A stretch of DNA of 64,000 bases from Cyanophora paradoxa CCMP329 (taxonomy: Eukaryota > Plantae > Glaucophyta). The notes below the pieces were generated by a model. It was not told the origin of the DNA. It searched no databases and saw only the letters and a list, made by a program, of their open reading frames with translations. Shown here piece by piece: positions 11,692 to 24,800 of the stretch. The stretch covers positions 1-64,000 of the forward strand of contig QPMI01000182.1 of assembly GCA_004431415.1 (NCBI GenBank). The letters are read 5' to 3'. Numbering within the stretch: the stretch's first letter is position 1; every line of letters starts with the position of its first letter. Position numbers and translations under genes: made by a program.

Positions 11692-14600
11692 ACCCCCCCC
11701 TCCCCCACCTCCCGCCCCTTCCGCTCGCGGAGGACCAGGCTGAGCCTCGGGCCTGGCAGGTGCGGATGCTGGGGGAGTCGCTGGCGGTGAGGGCGGAGGA
11801 GGGGCGCCTGCTCGCGTCAGGCCTCTGGCTCGTGCCCTGCGACGGGGCGCCCCACGCCGGCCTCCGCTCCGGCTCCGACCCCACCGCCGCCGCCGAGCTC
11901 CAGGCGCGCGCGCGCGCTTCGAGCTTGATTCCGGACCGGGCCGTCGTTGTGGAGGGGGGCGAGGGCGCCCTGACGGGGTCGGGCAGGTCTCTATCGCGTT
12001 CGGCGAGCCCGGGCCCGGAAAGCGGGTCCCGAAGATGGTGGAGGCGAATATGCGCCTCCGCTGCCGCGTCACCGCCGGTCCGCCGGCGCCCCCGCGCGCG
12101 CCCGCGCCGCGCCCGCGCGGGGCCCGCTCGAGCGGGCGGGTGGGGAGCAGGGCCGCCGGCGGGGTTCGAGAGGCAGCCGGCGGAGGCGGGCGGGCACCTC
12201 GACGAGGCCGTCCTCTGCCACGACGGCGAGCGCTTCCCCCCCGTCAAGGTCCGCCCCGCGCGTCCGCCCTTTCTGCTCTCTGACGCCTTCCGACGACATC
12301 GATGGCGCGTGGGCGCGCAGCTGCTGCCGCGGGACCGGTTCGGGTACCGCTCAACGGCGGCGTGCGAGGGGTACCGCGTCCAGTTCGACCTCGCGCAGGC
12401 CGGCGGGCTCCTGGAGGGGCCCGCCGACGTCAGCGGCGGCCTCCAGGCCCGCTCCCCTCCCCGCGCCTCCGCCGCCCGCCCCAGCACCGCCTCAGGGTGT
12501 CTGACCTCTTCCGCCCGAGCAGGCGTCGGGCCGCTCGGTCACGGTCGAGCCGCCCTTTGTCGTCCGCGGCGAGAACGGCGCGCCCGCCCCGCCTTGCGCC
12601 CCGCCGGCGCCGCCCTTTGTAACTCCAATCTTTGTAGGGGCGGTGGGGGCGCTGCTGCTCCGGCCCGTGGGCGGCCTCCCGGAGGCCCTGCGCCACGCCG
12701 GACTCGCCCCCGACGCCGCCCAGGCCCCCGCCCCCACCAGCCTCCCCTTCATCGTCCGCCTTTGGAAAAGCCTCTTCGCTCGCCCCGACTGACGGCCGGC
12801 CCGCGGCAGGTCAGCTATCTGATGCTGCGCTGCAGCTACGCGTCCCGCGCCGCGCGGGAGGCCCCCAACGTGCGCCCCACCGCTCCCGCTCGCCCCAGCC
12901 GGAGCCCCGGCCCCGGCCGGCCTCCTCGCTGAGGGCGAGCGCGGCGGCAGAGGCTGGAGGACGGGCCGCCGCTGGCAGGGGACGCGGAGCGGCAGCCGGT
13001 GATGCGGCTGGGCGCCGATGAGTCCGCCAGCGTCGCCGGCATCTTCGTCGAGGCCGTGAAGGAGCTCAACGAGGTCCGCCCTCTGGATTGTTCGCGGCCT
13101 GCGCCGCCGGCACTTCGGCGGGCGTCGCAAAAACGCATTTGACTCTTCTTGCAGGTGCACGCGGGCTACGGGGCGGGCACGCGGCTCACGTACGCGCGGG
13201 CGGCGGGCGACGGGGGCGGGGGCGGGGCGGACGACGAGGACGTCGTGCTCGTCGACGCGGTCGAGGGCGATATCTCCAGGTCCGCACTCTGTCAGCCGGG
13301 CTTAGGGTGTTCTGAGGCTCGAACGTTCTGCGCGTGCGCTCGCGATCGCGCAGCCCGTCGTTCGTGAGGGGCGTGGCGAAGCTGCCGGCGCTGGAGATGC
13401 CGGGGGCGCCGGGCCGCTTGCAGGCGCCGCTCTGCCTCCGCTACACCCTCGCCATCGTCAGCGCCAAGCAGCTCCACACCGTTTTCGACATCATCTGGAT
13501 CCCCGGTCCGCCTTTCTGAGCTTTTATAAATTCGAAAGAGCTCGCCCGCCCACGCCTGAACCGCGCCGCAGCCACGCCGGTGCAGGCGGAGGCGGTGGCG
13601 GAGGCGGAGCCGCTGCGCGTGCAGCCCGGCGAGACCTGCCGCTTCGGCGTCAGGGTGCGGGCAGGCGCCGGAGCTGGGGCCCTCGCCGTTCCAACCGCCC
13701 CGGTGGCGGCAGGTCCTGGCGGCGGGGGGCGAGCCGGTGCGGGGCCGCGCCGTCGAGCTGGCCCTCCGCGCCTCCGGCGACCTTTCGGGCCTCGACGCCA
13801 GCCGCTGCCCCGGCTTCCAGCCCGGTGGGCCCGCCTCATGCTTTCCCCCTCTCCTAGCCGGCGGGCGTCGCTGACCGGCGCAGGGCCGGCCGCCGGCCCG
13901 TCGAGCTCGGGGCGGGGCGGGGCCGCCGGGGGCGCGGCTCGCGCTGCGGACGGACGAGGGCGGCGTGGCGCGCGTCGAGGGCCTCCTCGTCGCCGGCGAG
14001 CCCGGCGCCGCCGGCGGTATCGAGGCCCGCTTACTGCTTCGGGCTCACTGGCTTGCCTTACCGGCTCCGGGGCGGCAGGTGGAGGTCTCCGCCGCCGCTT
14101 TTGGACGGGACGGGGAGGGGTACGCGGCGGAGCTCGATCCCGTCTGCGTACCCTGCCGCATCGCCACCGGTCCGCTCGCTCCCGATCGATCACGAGGGCG
14201 GCCGTGCAGAGGCTGGGCCTGATCATGAGGCGGGCGCGCTCGCGCGCAGGCGTGCCCGAGCGGCTGGAGCTGGAGAAGGCGGAGCTGAAGCTGCAGTACG
14301 GGCGGCCGCTGGGCCTCCGCCTGCTCCTGAGGGACGCGGAGGGACGCGTCGCCGACTTCGGCGGTGCGCGTGAGCGGGGGCGGCCCAGCCGTCCCTCTGC
14401 GGGCGGGCGGGCCGACCCGGTGCCGCAGGGCCCGCGAGGGTGCGGGTGGAGGAGTACACGCGGAAGAGGCGGAGGGACGGGGGCGCGGTGAGCCACGTGG
14501 AGGAGACCGTCGGGCCCTTCCCCGCCGGCCAGCCGCCCGTGGAGCAGGCGAGCCCGCCGAGGGCGCGCCGCAGCCCGCGCCGGCCGACCGCGCCGGGCCC

Positions 14601-17600
14601 CGCCGCAGGTCGATTTCGCTGACGGCGCCGCCGACTACACCGGCCCGCCCGTCCCCCGCCCGCACCAGAGCCGCGTCTACGTCCGCCCCGCTCAGCGGCT
14701 TCGCGCCGCGCCGCGCCGCCCGCCACCCGCGGCCGCCGACCGCGCCGCAGATCCGCGACGCGCGCCTGCGGGTGACCGTGACCGGCCCCGGCGGCGCCTG
14801 GTCGCTCTCGGTGCGCAGGCGCCCGCGCCCGCCCGCCCCTCTCCCGCGGCGGCGCGGCCGCCCCGCCCCGCCCCGTCTCGACGGGCTCCGGCGGGGGCGG
14901 GCCAGGCGGTCTGCATGGCGACGCTGCACGGGGACGCTGGCGTATTCGCCCTGGCCGCCTGCCTGCGCGAGGAGGATCCGGAGCCGGGGCCGGAGCCGGA
15001 GAGCCGGCGGCTCCTGCCCCTCACGGAGCGCGACCCCATCAACTGCCTCGCGGGGCAGCCCTTCCCCCGCCTCTCCGTGCGCCCTTCCCCGCCCAGCGTC
15101 GAAGACCCGCTCACCGGCCGCGCCCGCCCGCGCCGTCGCGCAGTTCAAGCTGCTGAACGAGCTGATGACGGAGTGGCGGCGGCCGGCGGAGACGGCGGTG
15201 ATGCTCTACCTCTGGTCGCCCAGGCACGGGGGCGACGCGGATCCGGTGGAGCTCCCCGCCCCGCAGCGGCGCGCGCCGGGCCCCGAGGACCGCGAGCCCT
15301 TCGACCTCTACTCCACCCCCGAGGGCCTCGCCGCCCCGCGCCGCGCCGGCGTCTACCGCCTCTTCGTCTGCCCCGAGGGCGAGGCCCCCGCCGAGTACAA
15401 GACGGGGCCCCAGGTCTTCGTGAAGCACGGTACCCCCTATCCTTCGCCTCCCCGCCCCCGTTCGCAGCCTAGCGCTTCTGATGCGCGAGGCAGGCGCCCC
15501 GTTCGCCGTACGGCTCATGTCCGCGGAGGCTGAGGCGGCCGCCCCGGCCGAGCAGGAGGGCGCCGGCGAGCCCTCCGGCCCGCCCGCCCCCGGCCCGAGC
15601 CACGCGCCGGCCGCCGGGGCGCACGCAGCCGAGCCGGCGGCCCAGCTGCCCCCTCTGGGCCCGGGGACGCCCTGCCGCCCATCCACGTCGCGCTGGTGCC
15701 CCGCGGACCCGCAGCCGCCCCGCTCGAGCCGCCGCAGCGCCCCTCACTGCGCCCGCCCGCGCGCAGTGCGACGAGCACGACAACGTGTGCGACGGGCCGG
15801 ACGCGCCGGAGGCGGCGGTGGGCCTCGTCCTCGAGCGCGAGCTTGAGGACGGGCGGACCGAGGCGCTCCCGCTCGCCGGCGCCGCCCGCAGCCCCTCCAG
15901 CGCGGCCGCGCACGCTTCGACAACGTCGCCATCGCCGGCGAGGCGCGCCGGCCGCGCCCCCCCCCCCCGCCCGCCCCGCGCCTCGCGCGGCTCATACGGC
16001 GGGGGCGCAGGGCCGGTCGGGCCAGTACCGACTGCGCTTCGTGCTGCAGGGGGCCGGCCTGGAGGGGGCCACGCCCCTCCCCGACCACGCCTCCTCCTCC
16101 CTCACCGTCTTCTTCCGAAGCCGTACGCCCAGCGCTAGCGGCGCGCCTCCGCTCGCTCGAGCGAGCGCCCTGAGCGTGCGGCGGCGGCGGCGCAGCGCAA
16201 GAGAGCGCGGCGGCTGACGCGCACGCCAAGGTCCTCATCGAGGACCTGCAGCGCCTGAGCAGGGAGAAGGTGCCGTGGAGTTAGATTTCGCCCTTGCGCC
16301 TCAGGCTAGAGCACTGACCCCCTCGCGCCTCAGGCGGATGCGGAAGCGAAGCTGAAGCAGGCGCGCACGCTCTTCGGGCGCCGCGGCATCGCTAACGCAG
16401 TTCTCCCATTCCGAGGACCGTCTGACCGCGCGGCGCTGGCGCAGTTCAAGAGGGAACGGGATAAGCTCGAGGAGCAGCTGGCGAAGGTGCGGCCGGCACA
16501 GCCTCCCCCTCTCTGCACCCGCGCCAGGCCACGAGCGCGGGGGCCGACGCGGGGCGCGGGGGGCGGTGCGGGGCGCAGGTGGTGCGGCGGGAGATGCCGC
16601 GAGTGAGGGGCCTGGCAAAGTACCCCACGGCGCACAGCGACCCGAACTACCCCTTCCAGACCGCCATCGACGCCGAGAGGGCCCGCCCGTGCCACCTCCG
16701 CGCTCTGCTTCCGGGCCGGCCCCTTTCTCGAAGCTTAAGCTGTTGCAGGCGGCGCTCGACGCGGCGCGGGGCGGGCGGCTGCGGGAGGCGGTCCTCTTCC
16801 CGCAGGGGCGGCCGCGCTCGCAGGCCGCGCAGCGGCTGCTGGCGGACTCGAGGCGCGGGGCCGTGCCGGGCTTCCTCGGCTTCCTCGGCGAGGCGCGCAC
16901 GCCTTTCCTTCATTCGAGGGCGCCGCGGCCCGCCCCCGCTCCCGCCTTCGAACTAGAGCCGCGGCGCCTTTCCTTCAGCCGTGGCCCGGTCCCGCCTCCG
17001 AACTGAGCCCTCCGAACTCTGCGCAGATGGGGCGCGTGGAGGACGACGCGGACGCGGAGGCCATCGCGCGCTTCGTCGGCCGCAGCATGCAGGCGCGGCT
17101 GCCCCTGCCCCCGCCCCCGCCCGGCTCGGCCCCGCCCTGCGCCCCGGCGACCGGGCCGGGCCGGCAGGGGGCGGTGTTCCGGAGCCAGGACGACGTCGAC
17201 CTGGCCAGGCAGAAGCGCGCGGGCCGGGCCGGGGCGGGGCGGGCCGGGGCGGGCGGGGCTGAGCCGTGGCGCAGGTACCCCGGAATGGGCCTGAGGGCGA
17301 TAGGCGTCGAGAGCCTGGCCGACCGGGACGTCTTCCGCGGGGGCGTGCGGGCGGGGGACGCGCAGGGGCGCCTCGAGCTGCCGGGGCCGCCCATCCCCCA
17401 CGACATCCGCGGCCGCCACATGGTCAACCTCATCCACCTCGTGCGGCCCCGCCCCGCCCTGCGGCCCCGGCGCCCCGCCCCGCCCCGCCGCTGTGAAGCT
17501 GACGTGCGCGCTCGATGGTGATGGCGGCGGGCAGAGCGAGGGGGCGGTGGCGGAGGGCCACCGGAGGACCGTCTGGTGGTGCACGCTGAAGGACGCCATC

Positions 17601-18594
17601 CTCTTCGACAGCGTCCGCCCGCCCCGCCCCGCCCCGCGCCGCGCAGCCTCCTAAGGGCCTCGTGGCGCAGTTCGAGCACCTGCAGAACTACCGGCGGCGC
17701 GTCCTCAACAACAAGCTCTCCACCACCGTGCGAGCGCCGCCGCCCCCGCGCCCCGGCCCTCGCTACAAGCCCCAAACGCGGCGCGCGCCAACACCGACGC
17801 CGACGGCGCCGTCGGGGGCTCAGCTGGTGGCGATGGTGCGGGACGCCGAAGGCCGCCTCTCCGGCATCAGGGTCCGCGGGCCCGCCGCCACGCCCCGCCG
17901 CGCCAGGCCCCGAGTCTCCGCTTCTGACGCGCTTCGGCGCGCCTCAGGTGCAGCGGAGCGGGTGGGAGGAGGACCCGGAGGAGGAGGCGGCGCGCCCCGC
18001 GCCGGCCGTCTTCGCTGGCGTGCCCGTCCACGAGGCCCGTGCCCTCCGCCGGCGCCGCCGGCGCCGCCCCCGCCGCCCCCGCCGCTGACGTCCGCGCAGC
18101 GGCCGCAGACGAGAGAGGCCGAGGAGAGGATCGCGGCCCTCACGCAGATGCAGAGGCTGCGGGTGCGGCCGCTCGCGCAGCCCGGTCCCCTCTCGCTCGC
18201 TCGCCCGCCCGCGCCCTGAGACGCGGGGATTTATAGGCGCAGGAGCGGGAACTGGAGGGGCGGCTCGCGGAGAGGCGCGGGGCGGAGCAGGCGGAGCGGG
18301 GGCGCCTGGAGGGGCTCAGGGCCGAGGCGGCGCGGAGGCAGGCGGAACTCGAGGCGGCCCAGGGCCCCGGGTGCGTGCGCGTGGGCGGCGCCGGCCAGCG
18401 CAGCCGCTGGCGCGCTTCGAATTGGTGGGCGCAACTTCGAGCTCACTGCGGGGCGCAGGGGCGCCGGCGACGGGGAGGGCGGGCGGAAGCGGCGATCGGG
18501 GGCGCGCCCCGTCGCCAACGTTGACGGGGGCGGGGGCGGGGCGGGGCCATCCAACCCGAAACGGCCCCGCGGCAGCGCGGGCGGCGCCTTGTGA
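6502..18594 (+). CDS. SMCHD1: SMCHD1/GMI1-like protein (N-terminal GHKL ATPase, long central region, coiled coil, SMC hinge); multi-exon
   Basis: GHKL motifs: AFGELL|DNALQA (7165-7315), IEDNGKGL (7391-7414) and MTSNYSR|FGSGMKRAGFYIG (cf. SMCHD1 NSDISYFGVGGKQAVFFVG). Transducer region: LKYFPR..., LAVWNGLLL, CFAHRVAG|FFFLNENTAVNPTKTE and YCEWLLKRHQEEDKE (cf. FALWLKDCHEKYDKQ). Hinge at ~16860-17880: GFLGFLGE|MGRVEDDADAEAIARFVGRSMQ...HMVNLIHL...GHRRTVWWCTLKDAILFDS...NYRRRV, flanked by coiled coils. Basic NLS-like C-terminus (KRPR); TGA at 18592-18594. Confidence 0.85.
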
Positions 18595-18852
18595 GAAACC
18601 CGAGTCGCAGGGGTGTTGTCTCCTCCTCCTCCTCCTCCTCCTTCTCCTCCTCCCCCCCCCCTCCCTCCCCTTCCCCCCTCCCCCACCCGGGTGGCCACTT
18701 CCCAGAAGCCCGCCGCATGCATCACGCTCTTATTGTATTTGTACGTGGTGGATGCAATCTCTAAACACCATCACTTTGGCGGTTGCTGTAGGAGCGCAAA
18801 CCAAACTCGTGGCCAGGATACTATCCTTAAGTGTTCATGTATATATTATTTT

Positions 18853-21800
18853 TTACAGCTCGATCGTGTCCACGTACAAGTTCGCGCGAGACGCATGCGC
18901 GACGCGTCTGTTAACGGGATGGCTCGCGCTCGCTCGCCCTATAGCTAGGCCTGTGAGGTCCCGCAGCGAGCCGAACATCGGGGCGGCGCCGACAAATCCG
19001 GCCTCAAAGCCCGCAGTCGCGGGAGGGAGCGGGTCGGGGCACGTCCCCGATTCGGAGGCTCTGCGAGCGTCCTCGAGCTCGGGTCGGGTCGCCGTCTTGG
19101 GCTCCGGCCGATCGCGAGTCGGAGCAGCATGATGGCTGACGGCAGCGGCACGCGCCCGCGTCCGTTGAATTGCGTCCTTCGTTGGCAGCGGCAGCGGGCC
19201 CGGGGAGTGGGTTGATGTTGCGTTCTTCGCAATTGCGTTCGGATTCGGTGTCCGCGGGCTCCAGACCGGGATTCCAGGGCCCTCCATGGACAGCTGCAGG
19301 GGCGACTCGATGTACACGAGCGTGGGCGCAGCTGCAGGCGCGCGCTGCGCTGCAGCTTGCCATGCATATGGCGACTCGACGTCGCTGGATTCATTCTCAA
19401 AGCTGATCGACACGAGCTCGGGCGCCATTGCGACGGCGACATGCCGGGCCCTCAAGCTCGTGATCGCGCTGGTACCGGCGGCTGCTGCTGGCTGCTGCCG
19501 GCAGCCTCCAGTCGCGAGCCGGGGCTTGCCATGCTGGAGTCCCCTGGCCATGGAGCGAGTCCGCTTCGAATTCTCCCCTTCTCTCTTGGCTGTCGCGCTC
19601 GATGCTCAGACTCCCGATGGTTGAGATTTAGTTTACACGCGGAGAGAATTCGAATTTTCCGAACCTTCACGGTCGGAGCGAATCCTCGTCACACAAGGAT
19701 GGCATGTAAGCTGCAAAAAGACATGTGAGGCGCGCTCCAGTAGTGCGTATTTCGAATTCGTGATTATCATGGCATGATCAAATGGAACGGATTCATATAC
19801 GCACATTGTAAATGGCACGCAAGGCGCGGAGCTGGTTGACAAACAAGACGGCCATCGAAAGCGCATACACCACCATCACACCCGTCGCGACCTCGTCCTA
19901 CGGCCGATTGCGATAAGCCATCGGATGCCTCCGGATATATATACTCTCTTTTCGGGGACGCTTACTTCCTTGTAATTGGCGTTGCGCATAAGCATGAATA
20001 TAAGTAGGACGCTCTGGAGCCCGTTTGATATCACTTGCACAACGTTTTCGATGCTGCGCGCCGATTGCAAGGTCGCAATTCATCAGCGGGCAGAGAATAT
20101 TTCCGGACGTGCTCTGGCCATGGCTGCGCGTGCGCTCGCTGCACGGACCGGTCGATGAAGGGGCGGCTGAGAACGAGGTAGCTGAGATACGCGAGGTTCA
20201 CCCCCAGCAGCGCCCCAAGCGTGTTGGAAGAATTAGACGACGCCCCCCGCCCCGCGTGGATGCCTGTCCCGCGCAAGGGTTTGCGAGGGGATGGCCCGAC
20301 GCACACTTGAGCTTGAATTATTTTCGCGTCAGTCTAATGAGTGCTCTCCGGCGCGCGCACCGAGGATCAGCGAGCTCACAGTCTTCTTCAGCGAGTCCAA
20401 CATGGCGGCCATGAAACCCTGCCCCGCGACGTCAGAGATCCGAAGGGAGCGGCTGGACTCGGAGGACTGTTTCATCGGACCAGGCGGGCGTAGGCGAAGG
20501 CGTCGAACAGGGCGGAGTAGCGGTTCATGAAATCGTTCTGGTCGTACTCCGTCTGCGCAGGTAGGTAATTATAATTATAAAGTCCCGAGATGAATCGATA
20601 TATGTTCATGATCATGATTTGTTTGGAGCGGTAACTTGGAGCCGTGGCAAACCTGCTCCCAGAATCCGCGACGGGGGTGCTTGATAGCATTCCAGAAGCG
20701 CTGCCGCCTCGTTGCACGCATGACCTCGAGCGTTTTTGAATCGTTGAACACGTGATCATGATCGTGATCAGTCATATGCATCTCGAGACTTGATTTCTCC
20801 TCAAACTTCTCCGCGAGCCGGTCCTCTCTCTGTACGCGATTGTACATGTGCGCGTGCACGTGAGTTGAAGCGAAGAATGTGTGCGTTCGAGCAACAAGCA
20901 ATGAAGAGGCCAACCGTGAAGACGATCCTCTGGCCCATGAGATTCGTGACGAGCATGAACGAGCACCCAATGAGGAAGAATCCCGGGATGATGACCTGTG
21001 TCCACAATTATATCGATATCTATATTTGTTTCGTTTATTTAATTTATTGATCATGACTTCAACGCACGATCATCACGATGGCGACGGGCGGTCCCCATGA
21101 CGGCCCCGCGTCTCCGACCGCAGCCACGCGCGCCGCGTGCAGCACGAGCCCAGGTGCGCACATCATAATGAAGCAAAGCTCCAGGAACGGAAATCGCTGC
21201 GTAACCGTTAATCGGGGTGCAGATTCGAGTCGCGGACGTGTGCGACGTCCGACGGCCGCGGGTTCGTGACGCACGAAGAGCGGGGGGAGGCGCCCGTCGG
21301 ACCACTTCTTCAGGGCCGACCGGCAGAGGGCTATGGCGATCCAGCGCAGGACCCAGATCCCAAAGAAGGCGATCGAGGTCCAGAAGATGACGGTGCTGAA
21401 TTCGTCGGCGTATTTCTGCGCCGTCGTCCTGCAAGTGCGGATAATTTTCATAAGTACGGATTTTGTGGCGCTATTACGCATTGCCGAAAGTTGCGCGTTC
21501 ACCGGTTTGATGTGCTCTGGACCCAAGGCGCGTTCGCGGGTCGCATCAGCGCCCAGTCTATAACGCAATCGCAGTGAGATGACTGCTTCAACCGGCGAAG
21601 AAGGGCTTGGCGCACTGAGGGAGTCGCCCATTGCCGACTGGGCCTCCGAGGTCGAGTCGCCGCCGACATACGAGGTCGAAGCGAGGAAACTCACATGCTG
21701 CGCAATTGCAACGCGTTCATTATAATTAGCGTGCGCCGATTGTGAGAACACTGCCGCGAAAGAAGCTTATATCTATGATAATAATGACTCGCGCACCCCA

Positions 21801-24800
21801 ATAATTCCCTGTGGAAATTCGGAATGGCCATGGCATGTCAGCACTCGAACGCGATTTCAAGTTTATATCATATTTGATTACAATAACAGGCCGCGCACCA
21901 CGATGCCAGCCCCGCGGGCCTCGAGGCGCTCCAGCTTCGAGGCCTCCACGACATCGAGCCCGTCGAGATCCCCGTCGATATCGTTTGCATCTGATCATGA
22001 GGCGCACGCGGAGGCTCGACACGGGGACGCTTGAAAAAGCACGAAATTAAACTGGATAAAAACAACGCCCACCTCCGACATCGATGGCTTCGACATGCAC
22101 CTCCGCTGACGCGCGCCGAATCGACGTCCGCCGGGAATTCGAAATGCTTGCGCATGCCTCCAAAGTCGAAGCCGGAACCTGAACCAGAGGTTGACAACGA
22201 GCTCCCCAGTTGTAGAAGTGAGACGACGGGATTAAGTGTAGCTCAGAATGAGAGATCCGCCGACTTTCTCCAGAAAATCGAGGTCCGTGATCATGAACAT
22301 GGTGGCCACCTATAGACGTCGACATCCTGTTGACGCTCTCGTTGGCAGAGCGCTCCGCTGCAACGACGGCCGTGGCGGCAGCGGCTGCCGCAGCGTGATC
22401 GGACGTTCCGAGGTTGGCGCTCGAGCGCCTCCGCTGTGCGCGCGGGTGGTTGAGGTAGATGTCGCTCGCGGAGAGCGGCTCGAAGTCCGAAGGACGTCGT
22501 CCCCGCGGAGGGCCGCCGATGTCGGAGGCGCCTGCAATTGCAAGCGATCCGGATCCCCGGCGCCTCGGCGGGCTGCAGCTGAGCGCTCCGCCCTTGGCGA
22601 CCGCACGTGCAGAGCCCGTTGACCGGACGCTGGAACGGCGCTTGTCGCGTCGATCGTCTTCAGACGACTCTGCCCCAACGGAAGCGGTGCTGAACTTGCG
22701 TTGCCTGGATTCTGCCGCGGCCGCCGCACGGGCGGCCTCTGAATTCGCGCTGGATCTTCTGCGCGGCGCAACTCCCGAAGCGTAAACTAATCTGCGGTGG
22801 CCTCGCGATGGCACGGGCGGCACGATCGCCGAGACCGCGCTGAGTGCCGCAGCACCGAGGGCCATTCCCGTCATCGCGGTGCCCATCGCGGCCCCCGATC
22901 CCCCTCCGGATCCGCCTCCGCCGGAACCGGTCCCACCAGCACCTCCCATTCCGCCGACATCGATCTGAGGACGAAGTGCGATAAGTAGTCCGAACCGCCG
23001 GCGCGTAAATAAATTTATTGTTATATATGTAATTAAGTATAATGTGCTACCTCTACGTCGCCAGCTTCGAATCCAGCCTCAGCTGCGAGGTTTGCCTGCA
23101 GCTGGCGCCGCCTCTCTTGCTCGACCGCGTCCTGATCCTCATCCTCGGCACCGATGCCCTCCTCCTCGCGATCGTTCTCCTCTTCCTCGACCGCGTCCGC
23201 GTCGTCGCCATCGACCTCCAGGTCGCCCCCGGCCTCGGCCCCGGCCTCCGCATCGTTCCCCCCGCCGCCTTCATTGCCGCCCGTGTCCCCCTCCGCATCG
23301 CGATCGCCGCCAGTGTCCCCGCCGAAATCGCCCTCGGCGTCTTGATTAGCTGAAGGCGAGGCCCGTTATGACAGAGAGAATGCGTCGATATCGGATCCCA
23401 AGACGGGTATAGATATAGAGCCCACCATTAATATTTGGAGTGGCGCTGCTTGCCGCCGACGATGCAGCCGAAACTCCTACTGCGACAGCGGCTGCCGCCG
23501 TCACCGCAGCACCGACCGCGGCGCCCAGAGCAGATTGCTCTGTCTCTTGATCAGCTCGAGGAGTGATCGCGAATAACGGCAGAATCTTCTCCCGTGGAGG
23601 CCCGCGCTCACCAGCTTTAGAATTCGGAGCCGCGACCGGAGAACTCGCTATCGATGGTGGACTGACGATGAACTCAATTTTGAGCTTCGTCTCGTAGTTA
23701 AACGCGTCGATCACAGTGAGCTCCAGCGTGTACGTTCCGTTCGCAAGCTTAAGGCCCGGCGATAGCGTCGCCGATGCGTAGAGCGCGCTGGCATTGCCGA
23801 AAATCTCTAATGACTGCGCCGGATTTACAGAAGCGAGCTGGGCCGATATATCCTGCGGCCCGCTGATCTGCCGCCACGTGCTTTGCAGTATTGGAGAGCC
23901 TTCGTTGTTCCCCAGCATCGCAACGAATGAGGCCCTGTCATAGACGTACAGGAATGTCGCCCGGGAGACCGTCGGTCGAACTTGGCCGACATCTGAATTC
24001 GAAAGTGAACGTGTATGTTTCGAGGTCAGTGATAATTGAATGCTGCATGCACAACCGGCAGCGGTATTATGCTGCTCAAGCACCTTCCGATGGCGCTTCC
24101 TCGTACGCCTGGACACTTAGAGCTGGGACATTAAAAATCTGCGGGTGCCCAGTAAGCTGCCAGGCTGTACACGTCGTTGCAGCTGATAAGATTTTTCAGT
24201 AGATCGAAGTTAAAGCCCTTGACGGCACCTGGCTGAATAATGAACCGGAGATTCGAACTTGTTGCAAGGCCTCTCTCAGCTGCTCTTCGGTCTGGAACAG
24301 CAATATTATAATCAATGCAGCTGTGAACGTCATGCGCCAGCGCAGCGCGTTCGAATTTAGTAAAGAGACTGCGCGCTCGCCTGATTTGATCCAGCGAGCC
24401 GGAGAATCTTGAAACGGATAAGAACGCTTCCGCGTGTCACCGATAGGCCATAGATTTGACTTCTTTGGAACCAATGTCGCCCTGCTGTCGCCAGTAGATC
24501 GAGAAGGCTGCTGTAGCTATATAAATAGGATTCGTTGGCGTACTTCGCGACAAACGAATTGTAATCGGTGTCGAGTCTAACCGCGATCGTCGTGTCTGCG
24601 GTTCTCGCATCGTTAGTGCGCCGTTGAACATGTACTGCAGTAAAGGAAACTTGGCTGTCAAAAAATACGCACTAAGCGGAGGGGCGACGGTCAAGACATG
24701 CACAAGCGTGGAGGCGCGGCCCGCACTATCGCTCACGGTGAGCGTTAGCTGCCAAGAGCCGAGACGCGGCCTCATCCAGAGTGCCGTGCACTGCAGCTGG

